The notes below the pieces were generated by a model. It had not been told where the DNA came from and searched no databases. It saw only the letters and a program-made list of their open reading frames with translations. A stretch of DNA of 64,000 nucleotides from Macrostomum lignano. Taxonomy: Eukaryota. The DNA lies in NCBI GenBank assembly GCA_002269645.1, contig NIVC01003943.1, positions 1 to 64,000 on the forward strand. Reading direction: 5' to 3'. Made by a program: the position numbers and the translations under genes. Of this stretch, positions 63,561-64,000 are shown in pieces. The number at the start of each line of letters is the position of its first letter. Within the stretch, counting starts at the first letter, position 1.

Positions 63561-64000
63561 ATCACAATGCTTTAATTCGGTCATTTCGGCCTAGTGAAAA
63601 CAAAAAGCAACCAAAAATAAATTTATATTTATATATTATTTGCGCACAATTTAAAAATGGGGATGCAAGGCGGATAAAAATGTCGAAATATCGACTTGCC
63701 CATGAATTGTGAATAAATTAGCAGCAAAAACTGCTTTCCTTATACTCAGATTATACAGATCCATGGCTTCTGCAAAAAAGGGACGTTATAGATGGATAGA
63801 AACTTCAGATAAAAGTGAAGAGTTCGCTTTAGCACACTAGAGAGAGAGAGGGGGGAAAGGAGAGAGAAAGAGAAGAGAGAGCTGAGAGAGAATTAGGTCT
63901 AGTATCTAAACGCTCGAACTCCCACTTCCAGACTTTAAGCCTGGGAACAGAATAAAGTGTTTACTTACGGCGGTGGGCTCCTCTTCTGTGTCGGGCAGGT

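Overview
Eukaryotic (animal) genomic DNA: GC-rich exons with GT-AG introns, AT-rich intergenic DNA and a very high density of minisatellites. This style suggests a flatworm such as Macrostomum, which is inference only. (1) 1-~11,700: most of a Polinton/Maverick (adintovirus-like) endogenous DNA virus, with protein-primed PolB, adenain-like protease, a gasdermin-X-like membrane protein, a coiled-coil protein, packaging ATPase, two core proteins with GxG motifs, major and minor capsid proteins, and a subterminal hairpin with repeats. Its integrase and left end are not in the window. Every frameshift I traced is repaired by adding a base or two to short homopolymer runs, so the real element may be intact. 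(2) 13.8-19.4 kb: 52-bp and 20-bp minisatellites, a small single-pass membrane ORF and a perfect (TATC)~198 array. (3) A decayed piggyBac (20.6-22.8 kb) and an intronless secreted PAN+LamG-like gene (23.8-24.8 kb). (4) A near-intact LINE (27.3-32.2 kb) whose ORF1 and ORF2 share a frame, separated by one TGA, with no AUG before the first endonuclease motif. (5) Two exons of an unidentified gene (35.7-36.9 kb). (6) A CCDC60 orthologue (39,711-53,322; 11 coding exons reconstructed) with most long introns filled by different minisatellites, one repeating the splice donor about 25 times. (7) An inverted and deleted RTE remnant, a cryptic two-exon signal-peptide+Cys-rich leader, and an LDL-receptor-family gene whose whole ectodomain and TM lie in one ~2.4-kb exon. 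(8) A 2.1-kb complex minisatellite. No CRISPR, rRNA or bacterial features were found.
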